DNA of 64,000 nucleotides from a virus (Duplodnaviria; Caudoviricetes): IMG/VR virus record IMGVR_UViG_3300018475_000011, positions 1 to 64,000 of that record; one strand, 5' to 3'. Shown piece by piece: positions 18,184 to 28,244 of this stretch (position 1 is its first letter; each line of letters starts with the position of its first letter). The notes under the pieces were generated by a model. It saw only the letters and a program-made list of their open reading frames with translations, ran no database searches and was not told where the DNA came from. The position numbers and the translations under genes were made by a program.

Positions 18184-18861
18184 ATGTTTACTAAGTATGA
18201 AAAAACATCAAACGAAACGAAAGTCTTGTTAATGTATTTGATATTGAACGGATATTCATTGGCAAAAGTAGATAGGTTGGAAGAAGTTGAAGAAAATCGC
18301 TTGTTCGGACTTACGGTAAAGAAGCTATACGGGTTGACAAATGAATATGTAGATGTTGGGCGTATTGAAAGAGAAATAGAAGCAATCCAAAGTCCGATTG
18401 TTTGCTCAAAGCAAACATACGAATACTATTGCGACGAACCCAACATTTATGCTTATGAAAAGCAAATAGCCGAAGCTCCATTATGGATTAATGACATGGG
18501 AATTATATCGAAGGTTATGGTAATATCCGACGACATAATAATATCAAGCAATAAGGCAAAGCCCGCTACCGACGCAAATCAACTTGGATTCATGTATTTT
18601 TATGATTATGTAACTAAGGAAAAATGTGAAATAGGTAAGTGGAAGATAATATATGATAATAAGGTCTTTTCGGTATATTATCTTTCAACAAACGGGGATA
18701 AAACAACAAAAGAATTGTTATTTTCGGCGATTGAGATTGACAAGACATCAACATATAAATTAGTTCTATATATTATTATAAAGGCAAGTTCAAGTGTAGA
18801 AGAATGGCTATCTGACAACTATGTGGAGCAAAGCTATACGCTTGTTACAGAAGGGAAGTAA
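18184..18861 (+). CDS. Hypothetical protein
   Basis: 225-aa ORF, AAGGGG RBS. Confidence 0.65.
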   Translation: MFTKYEKTSNETKVLLMYLILNGYSLAKVDRLEEVEENRLFGLTVKKLYGLTNEYVDVGRIEREIEAIQSPIVCSKQTYEYYCDEPNIYAYEKQIAEAPLWINDMGIISKVMVISDDIIISSNKAKPATDANQLGFMYFYDYVTKEKCEIGKWKIIYDNKVFSVYYLSTNGDKTTKELLFSAIEIDKTSTYKLVLYIIIKASSSVEEWLSDNYVEQSYTLVTEGK

Positions 18862-18862
18862 T

Positions 18863-19768
18863 ATGATAAAACGGAATTTAACTACGTTTGAAAGAAATTT
18901 TATGGCAGAGAATATGCCAATACCTAAAAAGCCAATTAGGGACGTAGAAGGCGTACACGCTATGTTTTCTAAAACGGGGTGGGACGACGAAGAAGATGAT
19001 GATGTTCCACAAAAAAATGATAGCGAAGCACAAACGGAATCCGATGATATAGAATCAACGGAAATGGACGACGGATTTTTCTTTGCGGGAATGTATAGCG
19101 GTTCTACCAAAGGAACGATAAGCAATAAGATAGAAGAAGCCATTGAAGGTCAAAAAAACGACGGAAAAGAGTATTTGGCGTTATTGGAGAAGGCAAACGG
19201 TGTCGTTTATGAAATAAGCGAAACGAAAGAAGAGAGTGCCGAAGAAGTTAAGGCAAGACAAAGGATTATTGATGATACAAAATTGATACTTGTCGAATGT
19301 ATTAAAGAAGCAAGTAGGCAATACGGACATAAAGAAATGCCCCGTGTCCGTAAATATAGAAATACAGCTAAAATGGAAAAAATAATATACGCAAAACCCG
19401 TAGATGTAAATGGCGGGGGAGCAAAAAAATTTGTTCTGTTTTTACTGTGTTGCATTGGTGCAAGCGTATTCTTTGGATTAAAGGCAAATTCATATTATAT
19501 ATATATGAACGGTAAAACTACCGCAATGTCATGTTCATTTGGTTGGTTGACAGTAGAAGGTGTACCTATGATATTTAATCCGTTATACATGGATATCTTT
19601 TGGATAACATTCGGAATATGGTTCGGCATTATTCTACTTATTGGATTATTTATATGGCTTGATTCCGAACAAAAGAAGCAATCAAGAGTAGGGCATGAAC
19701 ACGGTAAAGCCCGATTGGGAACAAACCGTGACTTTAAGACACACAAAATAAAGTTTATGGATAGATAG
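18863..19768 (+). CDS. Membrane protein resembling the N-terminal anchor of a coupling protein
   Basis: Two TM segments, then GHEHGKARLGT, like the VirD4 G-EYGSARWGT motif; GAAGGGA RBS. Confidence 0.65.
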   Translation: MIKRNLTTFERNFMAENMPIPKKPIRDVEGVHAMFSKTGWDDEEDDDVPQKNDSEAQTESDDIESTEMDDGFFFAGMYSGSTKGTISNKIEEAIEGQKNDGKEYLALLEKANGVVYEISETKEESAEEVKARQRIIDDTKLILVECIKEASRQYGHKEMPRVRKYRNTAKMEKIIYAKPVDVNGGGAKKFVLFLLCCIGASVFFGLKANSYYIYMNGKTTAMSCSFGWLTVEGVPMIFNPLYMDIFWITFGIWFGIILLIGLFIWLDSEQKKQSRVGHEHGKARLGTNRDFKTHKIKFMDR

Positions 19769-19777
19769 GAGATAGTC

Positions 19778-21535
19778 ATGGCAAAAAAGAAACAATTAGA
19801 TAGTTCATATATAGATAACAATATGATATTTGGCATGATGAACGGAGAGTATTTTGGGCTATCCTTAAATAATAAAAAGGTTAATCGTTCAGCTAATGTG
19901 TTGGTTATCGGGGGAACGGGTACGGGTAAAACTTTCAAATATCTTAAGCCGAATATGCTACAAGAAAATTGCTCTATTGTATGTACCGACCCTAGTTCAG
20001 ATATTTTTCGTTCATTTGCCCCTTATTTGCTTTCAAAGGGATATAACGTATATTTATTTAATGCAAGTGATTTTACATTGAGCAACCACTATAATCCATT
20101 ATTAAATGTATATGATAGCAATGGAAATATCTCGGAAACACAAGTAGATATCTTAGTAGATTTATATATGAAAAATGCAAAAGCGGGTAAAGAAGCGGGA
20201 AGCTCCGACCCTTTTTGGGATAAAGCAGAAAAAAGTTTTCTTACTGCATTGATATATTATGTATTGGAAAACGACGCTATTCCTAGAAAAGACAAATGCT
20301 TCAATACAATACTACAAAAAGTGCAAATGGCAAAGGTGGACGATGATACCGACGAAGAAAGTCCGCTAACGCAAGAAATGAACGCATGGTTTGCCAAAGT
20401 GGGAATTACAGCAGATAATCCTACGGCAAGCGGTAAGTATAAAACAAAAATGTTTTACGACACCTTTTTAATTGCTCCACAAAAAACCGCAAATACTATC
20501 TTGATTACTACGGCGGTTGACTTGCAGATATTCTCAACGAAGGAAGTTGATTTTATTACAAGAGAAGATGAAGAGCATAAGGAAATGAATATTAATATAG
20601 AAAAAATGGCAACACAACAAAGCTATTTATTCTTGGGTATTCCGCAATCACATCAAGCCTACAATTTCTTAATTGCAATGCTTTATTCTCAATTATATGG
20701 TACACTATATGAATTGGGAGAAAAGAAATTGCGTGGCAAATGGCATATCGGATATAAAATGGGCTTGCCCGTATTCGATTATTTTGATACAAAAGAAGAA
20801 GCGGAAGAGTTTTACGAAACGATTACACATGATAATATAATAGAAAGCGACTATATTAATGGCACTCAAATATATAATATTATGTGGCGAAACAAATCGT
20901 ATAAGACTTGCGTATTAAAAGAGCCATTAGTAAAGTATATTGACGACTTGGATAAAATGTGTATTTGGTGCGGAGATGAATTTGCGGGTAGCGACCCCGC
21001 ATTGCCGATTCACATAAATTTTCTGCTTGATGAATGGAAAAATATCGGAGAAATTCCTAATTTCTTGACAATCTTATCGACAAGTAGAAAGTATCGTATT
21101 GGTAGCCATGTTATAATTCAAGATATAGGACAGATGAAAACAGTGTATAAGGACGGCGAACACGAAACGCTTATGGCGAATGTTGATACAACTATCTTCC
21201 TTGGTTCGCAATTAAAGGAAGATAAAGAAGAAATCCAAAAGATGCTTGGCAAAACAACGATTCGCCAAAAGTCTACATCAAGTAGCCAAACGGGAATATC
21301 GACATCATATACGCCGACAGAAGTTGATTTAATGAGTATTGACGAAATTAGTGCAATCAACCAAAATGGAAGAGATGATGAAATTGTAATTATTCGTGAT
21401 ACAACCCCGTATGTATGCCGAAAGCTAAATTTAACAGAGCATCGCCGTTGGAAAGATGTGCAAGCGGTTAAAAAGTTAAATATTCAACTAGAGAAATATT
21501 ATCGTAACAGTAACCAAACAAATATATTTAGATAG
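19778..21535 (+). CDS. virD4: Type IV coupling protein, soluble ATPase part
   Basis: NVLVIGGTGTGKT, CTDPSSD, HYNPL, DPFWDKAE, FLLDEWKNIGEIP, SRKYRIG. Confidence 0.92.
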   Translation: MAKKKQLDSSYIDNNMIFGMMNGEYFGLSLNNKKVNRSANVLVIGGTGTGKTFKYLKPNMLQENCSIVCTDPSSDIFRSFAPYLLSKGYNVYLFNASDFTLSNHYNPLLNVYDSNGNISETQVDILVDLYMKNAKAGKEAGSSDPFWDKAEKSFLTALIYYVLENDAIPRKDKCFNTILQKVQMAKVDDDTDEESPLTQEMNAWFAKVGITADNPTASGKYKTKMFYDTFLIAPQKTANTILITTAVDLQIFSTKEVDFITREDEEHKEMNINIEKMATQQSYLFLGIPQSHQAYNFLIAMLYSQLYGTLYELGEKKLRGKWHIGYKMGLPVFDYFDTKEEAEEFYETITHDNIIESDYINGTQIYNIMWRNKSYKTCVLKEPLVKYIDDLDKMCIWCGDEFAGSDPALPIHINFLLDEWKNIGEIPNFLTILSTSRKYRIGSHVIIQDIGQMKTVYKDGEHETLMANVDTTIFLGSQLKEDKEEIQKMLGKTTIRQKSTSSSQTGISTSYTPTEVDLMSIDEISAINQNGRDDEIVIIRDTTPYVCRKLNLTEHRRWKDVQAVKKLNIQLEKYYRNSNQTNIFR

Positions 21536-21547
21536 GAGATTGAGAAA

Positions 21548-22402
21548 ATGTTTGATGATATCGTATCGGATTTACTAGAAACTATAATAGGTGTAATAAT
21601 GGATTGTTCGGGAACATCTCCCGAAATGTTGAAGATTAGCGACAACACATTATCGCTAATCCGTCCGTTATGGAATGAATTGTGCTTGTTTGGTCTTGGT
21701 TTGTCCTTAATATATTTTATTATTGAAATAAATAAGATATACGCATTTGAAGGAAGAGATATGAATATGAAATCAATGCTAAAGCCCTTTTTGAAATTAG
21801 CGTTTGCTGTTATAGCATTGAGTTGCGGAGCAAGAGTAATTAATGTATTCCTTGAATGGCATAACTCTTTTATAGATACAATAGATGCGTCATTGCAAGC
21901 ATATATGGCTGACCCTTCATTTACAACATCAAGTGGTGCTGTGATAGCTCCCGCAACAATAGCCGAACAAATGGTAGATGATATGGGATTTGGAACAAAA
22001 ATCGCATCATTGCTTTTTTTGCCGATAGCATGGTGTATATCTGCGGTACTTATATTCATTTGGAATTTTAAGGCGTATGGTTATCAATTTGAAATGCTTT
22101 ACAGAGTAGGTATTACACCCGTAGCGTTAGCAGACATATATAGCGGACAAAATGCCAATGCAATTCGTTGGTTAAAAGGATTTATAGGATTAGCATTGTA
22201 CGGAATTGCTTTCGTCGTGATACCACGTTTGGGCGTGTTAGTATCAGTAGACCAATTTAGAGCGTCGGTTGATATGCTCGGTGGCGGGGATTTGGGATTG
22301 TTTGCAATGCTATCCGCTATAATTGGTTTGCTGATTGTTCCCATAGCCGAATTGGGTGTAATGGGTACTATTAAACAGTTATGCAAAGAAGCAATGCAAT
22401 AA
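21548..22402 (+). CDS. virB6: VirB6/TrbL-like polytopic membrane protein
   Basis: Multiple TM segments, EMLYRVGITPVALA..., follows virD4. Confidence 0.7.
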   Translation: MFDDIVSDLLETIIGVIMDCSGTSPEMLKISDNTLSLIRPLWNELCLFGLGLSLIYFIIEINKIYAFEGRDMNMKSMLKPFLKLAFAVIALSCGARVINVFLEWHNSFIDTIDASLQAYMADPSFTTSSGAVIAPATIAEQMVDDMGFGTKIASLLFLPIAWCISAVLIFIWNFKAYGYQFEMLYRVGITPVALADIYSGQNANAIRWLKGFIGLALYGIAFVVIPRLGVLVSVDQFRASVDMLGGGDLGLFAMLSAIIGLLIVPIAELGVMGTIKQLCKEAMQ

Positions 22403-22461
22403 AACCAAAAACATATCCATTATATTAATGGAGAGAAAAACCAAAAACATATCCATTATAT
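22401..22461. repeat. 25-bp exact direct repeat, two copies
   Basis: AAAACCAAAAACATATCCATTATAT at 22401 and 22437. Confidence 0.9.
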
Positions 22462-22480
22462 GTTTAGAAAGGAGATTGGT

Positions 22481-22897
22481 ATGGAGATACCTATTTCGCA
22501 AGATATAAGAAAGTATAAAACGAAGGACGTAGGCAATTTCAGTTTTAAGGAAGCGGGATTTATTGCAATCGGCATTGGCGTAGGCTTCCTTTGCAATAAA
22601 GTTTTTAATATGACATTAGAAGCGTGTATATTGCCAATGGGAATCGTTTTTGTATTTGGATTTTTTAAGCCATACGGTATGACATTTATTCAGTTTTTAA
22701 GAACCGTTGGAAAAGAAAAGATATCCCCGATTACATATATCAATGAAACGGATTTTGTTTATAATCTTGATGAATACGAAGAGATATACGGCAAAGACGT
22801 TTTTGAACAAGCAACGGCATCGACAGAGTGGTTTATCCAAAACGCATCTGTTAGCAATAAAATAACAAAAAGTGAAAGACCTAAAATTATGATGTAG
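22481..22897 (+). CDS. prgI: PrgI (VirB3-like) protein
   Basis: MEIPISQDIRKYKTK..GNFSFKE...FGFFKPYGMTF pattern; AAGGAG RBS. Confidence 0.85.
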   Translation: MEIPISQDIRKYKTKDVGNFSFKEAGFIAIGIGVGFLCNKVFNMTLEACILPMGIVFVFGFFKPYGMTFIQFLRTVGKEKISPITYINETDFVYNLDEYEEIYGKDVFEQATASTEWFIQNASVSNKITKSERPKIMM

Positions 22898-22918
22898 GTC
22901 GGAAAAGGAGAAAAACAA

Positions 22919-23287
22919 ATGAAAGCATTAGTAGCAACAAAAGCAAACAACGCAACAAAGGCATTAAAGAGAGTATTATTTGCTCTTACCACATTTTTAA
23001 CCGTTTCAGAAGTAGCGGTAATGAGAGCATTTGCGTTTGGCGACCAAGTACAAGTTACGGGACAAGACATTGACGCAAACGTATTCATGGGTAAGATTAT
23101 CGGTATCTTATTAACCATTACCCGTTATGTAGGTGTGGCTTTGGTAATTTACGGTGTATACGAAATCGTTATGTCCTTCATGCAGAATCAGCCCGAAGCT
23201 AAGACAAAGGGTATCATCATGGCTCTTGCGGGCGTTGTAATGGTAGCATTGAAGTCTGTACTTCGTGGACTTGGAGTAATCGTTTAA
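22919..23287 (+). CDS. VirB2/TrbC-like pilin (Maff2-like)
   Basis: Leader ending in AFA, then two TM segments around QNQPEAKTKG. Confidence 0.75.
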   Translation: MKALVATKANNATKALKRVLFALTTFLTVSEVAVMRAFAFGDQVQVTGQDIDANVFMGKIIGILLTITRYVGVALVIYGVYEIVMSFMQNQPEAKTKGIIMALAGVVMVALKSVLRGLGVIV

Positions 23288-23321
23288 TCTGTATATTCGG
23301 ATATCCGATGTGTATAATCAT

Positions 23322-23357
23322 AAGGGATTGTTTGGGGATTATCCGAAGCAATCCCTT
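23322..23357 (+). terminator. Hairpin after pilin gene
   Basis: AAGGGATTGTTT...AAGCAATCCCTTTT. Confidence 0.65.
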
Positions 23358-23386
23358 TTGTATTATTATATAAAACGAAAGGAAGT

Positions 23387-24559
23387 ATGAAGATGAAGAA
23401 AATACTATCAATAGTATTAACTATTGTTATGTGTGCATCATTGGCGGGCTGTGCGACAACTACATCGGGACAAGCAACAGAGCAAGGGGCAAGTTCCGAT
23501 ACGGTAGGAATGGAGCTTAAACAAAATGATTATCGTGGTGCATCTGTTAGAAGTTCTGTTATTAAAGAATTAGTCATTGCCGTTGTTAATGAAATGAAAA
23601 GCAACAACGAAGGTATAAGAGCAGAAAATCCAAATTCATATTGGTTATCAAGCGGATATCAAGACTTTGTAACGACATTCCTTAATTCTCCGATAGCGAA
23701 TGATATGCAATGGTTCAATGAAGAAGAAACGACATTTGAGCAAATATTAGAGCAAATGTATATATCTCCAAATTCATTTACCAAATTAATGGACGGGAAT
23801 TATGTGAAAAAATACGAAGCGATGTTGGTAGAACGTATTGAAAAAGACCATTATAGAATATCAAATATTCAAGACACATGGATTAATGACGGCAATAAAT
23901 ATAGCGGGGATATAAAATATCACGCATTATATGATTGTGATAAGGATTGGTCTAAGGCATACAGTACGGTAGACGTAAAGACAGAAGGAATACCGCTTAT
24001 CACAACCGACTTGTATGAGTATGCAAGAGTAAACAAAGATGCGTTTATGATACAAACAAGTACAGAGCGATTATATGTAAAGCTCGTCCCCGTTAAAGAT
24101 GATACGGATTTGAGAGATAGAACAATAGAAGAGTTTTACTATTCACGCCTTGGTTTCGGACAAAGAACCATGTTTGAACCTTATACACCTATGGAAGAAG
24201 AAGGGTGGGAAACCGTAGGGTATTCAAGCGAAGTAGCTCAATTCAATCGCTTAATGGAGAGCTACCCAATAATAAATCTTGAAGGCGATTTGGCAACAAG
24301 ATATGGTTATAATGATAGCTTGTTTACGAATGATGCGATATACATGGAAAATCCGTCGGATTGGGTATTTGAAGATAAAGCCCTTCAACAAACTTTGGTT
24401 TACAAGAACGGGAATTTGGTTGTGACTACATTCAATAAATTATCATGCAAATACGAACAGTATGTATTCTATTATGGAGATAAGGCAGACCAAAGCGTTA
24501 TTGCAATTACGCCATTGGTTGAAATGATTGAAATATCTTTAACGCCCGAAGAAGAATAG
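23387..24559 (+). CDS. Lipoprotein
   Basis: Signal peptide with lipobox LAGC. Confidence 0.8.
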   Translation: MKMKKILSIVLTIVMCASLAGCATTTSGQATEQGASSDTVGMELKQNDYRGASVRSSVIKELVIAVVNEMKSNNEGIRAENPNSYWLSSGYQDFVTTFLNSPIANDMQWFNEEETTFEQILEQMYISPNSFTKLMDGNYVKKYEAMLVERIEKDHYRISNIQDTWINDGNKYSGDIKYHALYDCDKDWSKAYSTVDVKTEGIPLITTDLYEYARVNKDAFMIQTSTERLYVKLVPVKDDTDLRDRTIEEFYYSRLGFGQRTMFEPYTPMEEEGWETVGYSSEVAQFNRLMESYPIINLEGDLATRYGYNDSLFTNDAIYMENPSDWVFEDKALQQTLVYKNGNLVVTTFNKLSCKYEQYVFYYGDKADQSVIAITPLVEMIEISLTPEEE

Positions 24560-24572
24560 CGGGGGGAACTGT

Positions 24573-24866
24573 ATGAATGTGATAGGAGCATTGGCTAAAT
24601 CAAATTCCCAAAGCGTTATCTATTTTTGCAAGTTTGAGAAAACGGAATGTGAAATAGAAGGTATAAGGAATTTGGTGGCTGTTACGGGATATACAGAAAA
24701 GATTTATGTTAATAGTATTCAAGCTGTCGCAATAGATAGTTGCGATGAAATGAAGAATGAGCTTAATTTCATCGGTATTATTTTCAAAAACGATGATAAA
24801 TACATAACTCTTACAGCAAACGGATTTGAAGATGTTGAAGTCTATTTGCGTGAAATAGCAGAATAG
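24573..24866 (+). CDS. Hypothetical protein
   Basis: GGGGGG RBS. Confidence 0.7.
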   Translation: MNVIGALAKSNSQSVIYFCKFEKTECEIEGIRNLVAVTGYTEKIYVNSIQAVAIDSCDEMKNELNFIGIIFKNDDKYITLTANGFEDVEVYLREIAE

Positions 24867-24875
24867 GAGAAGGGT

Positions 24876-25589
24876 ATGGAAAATATATTTGACAGTACGG
24901 GTGTAGTAGAAGCGGGCGAATATAGTTCTGACAACGCAAAGGGAATGAATTATGATGTAATTATGGACGGAAAATCACATCGAATTGTGATGATTACTGA
25001 AATTGATTATAACGTAGATGTTCCATATATGTATAATCAAACCCGTATGGACGAAAAAGAACGGGAAATTGCATTAGCCAAAGTGATTCAGCACGAAATT
25101 GAAAAGGGCAATGATTGGGCTAAAGACATGAAAGAAACCGCAATAACCGTTTGGAACATGATGAAAGCCGAAGGGGGAAAAATAACATATCCGTTATCGG
25201 ATTGCGATGTTTGTATATCTCCTTGCGTGTACGATATTGATAAAAATTTTGACGACGTTCAATTACAAGATGTAGAATTTTATCTTGTTTATAGCCATGT
25301 CGTAAACGGCGGTCATTCCATATTTGATGTTACAAGTAGCCTTGTCAATTATGAACAAGTTAAGGCAAATCACGAAAAAAGTAAGAGCGACTTGCAATCG
25401 TTTTATGAGAAGAATGTAATGCCGATAGAAGATAAGTCTTTCGACGATATGACGGAAGATGAAAAAGATATCATGGGTACTTTTTCGGATTGGCACAAAG
25501 ATATTTACGGACATCGCCCTAGAAGTTATAATAATGAGTGTAAAAACGCTTTGAGTGAAAGGGCGAAAACACAAAAAGAACGGGAGTAG
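24876..25589 (+). CDS. Hypothetical protein
   Basis: TAGGAGA RBS. Confidence 0.75.
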   Translation: MENIFDSTGVVEAGEYSSDNAKGMNYDVIMDGKSHRIVMITEIDYNVDVPYMYNQTRMDEKEREIALAKVIQHEIEKGNDWAKDMKETAITVWNMMKAEGGKITYPLSDCDVCISPCVYDIDKNFDDVQLQDVEFYLVYSHVVNGGHSIFDVTSSLVNYEQVKANHEKSKSDLQSFYEKNVMPIEDKSFDDMTEDEKDIMGTFSDWHKDIYGHRPRSYNNECKNALSERAKTQKERE

Positions 25590-25600
25590 GAGATTGGATT

Positions 25601-25894
25601 ATGACTAGAGATGATAAAGAACGTATGCTTTATTCTTTGTATTGCGATGCAGACGAAGCAATTAAGAGTATTCAGCAATGTGCAACCGCATTGAAGAATC
25701 CCGAAGATAACGTAAAAAATATGGTTACGTTATTAAAGATTCAAGATAGAATTGCGGATATGCGTAAGGTTTATGACGAAGTAGACCGTATTCAAAACGA
25801 ACCCATTGATGAATTTGATGAAAACGATGAATACGGAAGCGGAATGGGATATGTAGACGAATTTACTCAAAACCTATTAAATCCTATGGGATAA
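25601..25894 (+). CDS. Hypothetical acidic protein
   Basis: AGGGAGA RBS. Confidence 0.7.
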   Translation: MTRDDKERMLYSLYCDADEAIKSIQQCATALKNPEDNVKNMVTLLKIQDRIADMRKVYDEVDRIQNEPIDEFDENDEYGSGMGYVDEFTQNLLNPMG

Positions 25895-25897
25895 GCA

Positions 25898-25927
25898 AAA
25901 AGGGAAGCTCAAAAGAGCTTCCTTTTA
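25898..25927 (+). terminator. Intrinsic terminator
   Basis: GGAAGCTC-AAAA-GAGCTTCC followed by a T-tract. Confidence 0.8.
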
Positions 25928-26013
25928 TTATGCCCTTTATCTAAAAAGGACAATAGTGAGTGGCGATACATGATATACTATAATTACAACCAATATTAGA
26001 ATAGGAGATAAGT

Positions 26014-27780
26014 ATGGACTTATATCGTGTTTCAAAAGTATTGTCGGAAAACAAGCGGGGGAAGATGTTTCTTGTTTACGACTTATATGGAGATAAAAAA
26101 AGCCTTACTGTGCGTGGCAATTTGCCCGAAATTTACGACGGAATGATAATAGGGCTAGAAATATCCACTAACGCATCAAAAGGGGCTAAAAAGCCAATAT
26201 ACGAAGTCGTAGACTATGCCGTGGAAGTGACCGCAAAGAATGAAACCATATTAAAGAATAAAGGCGTTGATGTGGAGCGATACAAGGAAATGCTCTTTAA
26301 TCATTTGCAAGCCAAAAAAGAAGGCGTAACATGGGAAGTGGCAAGCATAGAAGTCGATAAACTATATGATAATTTATGCTTTGCCGATGCTGATAAAAAG
26401 CATAAGGAAAAGAAAAATGAACCGAAAGCAGAAGAAAGATTGCGGGCAATATGCAAAGAGATTCTTACAAAAGCAAGGGGCTTAAAAAAAATAGAGTACG
26501 AAGTAGATGAATTTATTGGTTATGTCGAAAGCATCGAAGAAAAAGGAGCTTATAACGCACTTTCTTCAACCGATAAGATAGAGCTGATAATGAGAGATGA
26601 ATTTGGATTTGCTTATGGCAAAATATATGATGTCGAAATGACGGATAAAGAAAACTACGTCCGATGCAATATGGCAAAACGCAACAGATATATTTCGGAA
26701 TTATTAGAAGAAGATGAAATTGCATCATTTATAAACAAACTATCCGATAGTTTAATGGTGCAAGAGCAAATAGATGTATTGTGGTGCTTAAAAGACAAGA
26801 AGCCGTGCATCATTACGGGCGGTGCGGGTACGGGCAAAACAACCGTAGTGAAATCTATTATAGAATGTTATTCTAAATATTATGATAAAGACGAAATATT
26901 ATTAGTTGCCCCTACGGGAAAGGCAAGCGTGCGTTTAGAAAACAGTACAAAAATGCCAACAAGCACAATACATAAGGCATTGAGAAAAAGCGTAGAAGAA
27001 GAATACGCATATTATAACGGGAGCAACAAACTACCGCATAAATTGGCGATTGTAGACGAAAGTAGCATGATTGATACGGCTCTCATGTACGATTTATTGC
27101 GGGCGTTAAGTGACGATTGTAAAATAATATTTGTCGGCGACCATAATCAATTACGTCCCGTAGGATATGGAGAACCTTTTTACGATTTTATCAAAACATT
27201 ATATGTTTATGAATTAACACAAAATCATAGGCAATCCGAAGAAACAGATATATTGGCAAATGCAAACAATGTTTTGGCGAATATACCGCTTTTCAACGGT
27301 AGAAGCGTAAAGGTAGAGCATATTTCTAAAAACGCCATATTCGATATGGTGGAATGGGAAAGCAATGCTCAAATATTAACGCAATATAGGGAGCTGAACG
27401 CTCAAATAAACAATTCACTTAAATTCGGACAATCTGATTTTAATGTGGGGGACAAAGTAATTCTTCTAAAAAATACGGATTCGTATTGTAATGGAGATAT
27501 AGGATATATTGTCAAAATAGAAAAGGGTAGATATTACATAGAGCTTGAAGATGTCGGGGTGTATAGGGACACGACAAAAATTGTGGTTGACAAAAAGAGC
27601 GATATGGAATTGGCTTATGCTATTACGGTGCATAAAATGCAAGGAAGCGAAGCGGAAAAAGTAATCGTTTTTTTGCGTCGTGGAAAGGTAAGCAAAAGTA
27701 TGTTATATACCGCAATCACAAGAGCAAGATGCGAATTGGAAATATATTATTATGATGAAGTGGGAGAAGGCGTTGCGTAA
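26014..27780 (+). CDS. recD2: RecD2-like SF1B helicase
   Basis: TGGAGTGKTT, APTGKAS, VDESSM, VGDHNQL, YAITVHKMQGSE, LYTAITRAR. Confidence 0.9.
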   Translation: MDLYRVSKVLSENKRGKMFLVYDLYGDKKSLTVRGNLPEIYDGMIIGLEISTNASKGAKKPIYEVVDYAVEVTAKNETILKNKGVDVERYKEMLFNHLQAKKEGVTWEVASIEVDKLYDNLCFADADKKHKEKKNEPKAEERLRAICKEILTKARGLKKIEYEVDEFIGYVESIEEKGAYNALSSTDKIELIMRDEFGFAYGKIYDVEMTDKENYVRCNMAKRNRYISELLEEDEIASFINKLSDSLMVQEQIDVLWCLKDKKPCIITGGAGTGKTTVVKSIIECYSKYYDKDEILLVAPTGKASVRLENSTKMPTSTIHKALRKSVEEEYAYYNGSNKLPHKLAIVDESSMIDTALMYDLLRALSDDCKIIFVGDHNQLRPVGYGEPFYDFIKTLYVYELTQNHRQSEETDILANANNVLANIPLFNGRSVKVEHISKNAIFDMVEWESNAQILTQYRELNAQINNSLKFGQSDFNVGDKVILLKNTDSYCNGDIGYIVKIEKGRYYIELEDVGVYRDTTKIVVDKKSDMELAYAITVHKMQGSEAEKVIVFLRRGKVSKSMLYTAITRARCELEIYYYDEVGEGVA

Positions 27781-28244
27781 TGTGGAAATACTTGGAGCAA
27801 ACCAACAAAAATCTATTATATGAATATGCACGGGTGTTAAGTAACGCACGGGCAGATATGCGATACGATTCCGACGAAGATAAACGCAATAAAGAGTGTT
27901 TTTATCTCTTTTGGTTTGTTTATCGCTATGTCTTGGGGTGTAAGACGCTAAGAGAAGCCTTGGAACACGTTGACAAGGACACATTGGTAAAATATAAGTT
28001 ATTCAGTATGCTACATCATAGATATTTATTTGTGGGACATGGAGAAAACAAAATGCCATTTTCAAAAGTCGAAGATGTCGTTGCGATTCTTGAAATATTA
28101 TATAATAAATACACATTCTTTGAACAAATGGAGTGCTTTTGTAGAAATGCTATGATAAGCGACGGGCATAGCTGTCGTTGTCGGAGATGCGAAAGCAGAA
28201 TGGAAGAGCTGAAAAGAAAGGTGTCGAAATATGAAAACAAATAA
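27780..28244 (+). CDS. Hypothetical protein
   Basis: Translationally coupled to recD2. Confidence 0.65.
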   Translation: MWKYLEQTNKNLLYEYARVLSNARADMRYDSDEDKRNKECFYLFWFVYRYVLGCKTLREALEHVDKDTLVKYKLFSMLHHRYLFVGHGENKMPFSKVEDVVAILEILYNKYTFFEQMECFCRNAMISDGHSCRCRRCESRMEELKRKVSKYENK

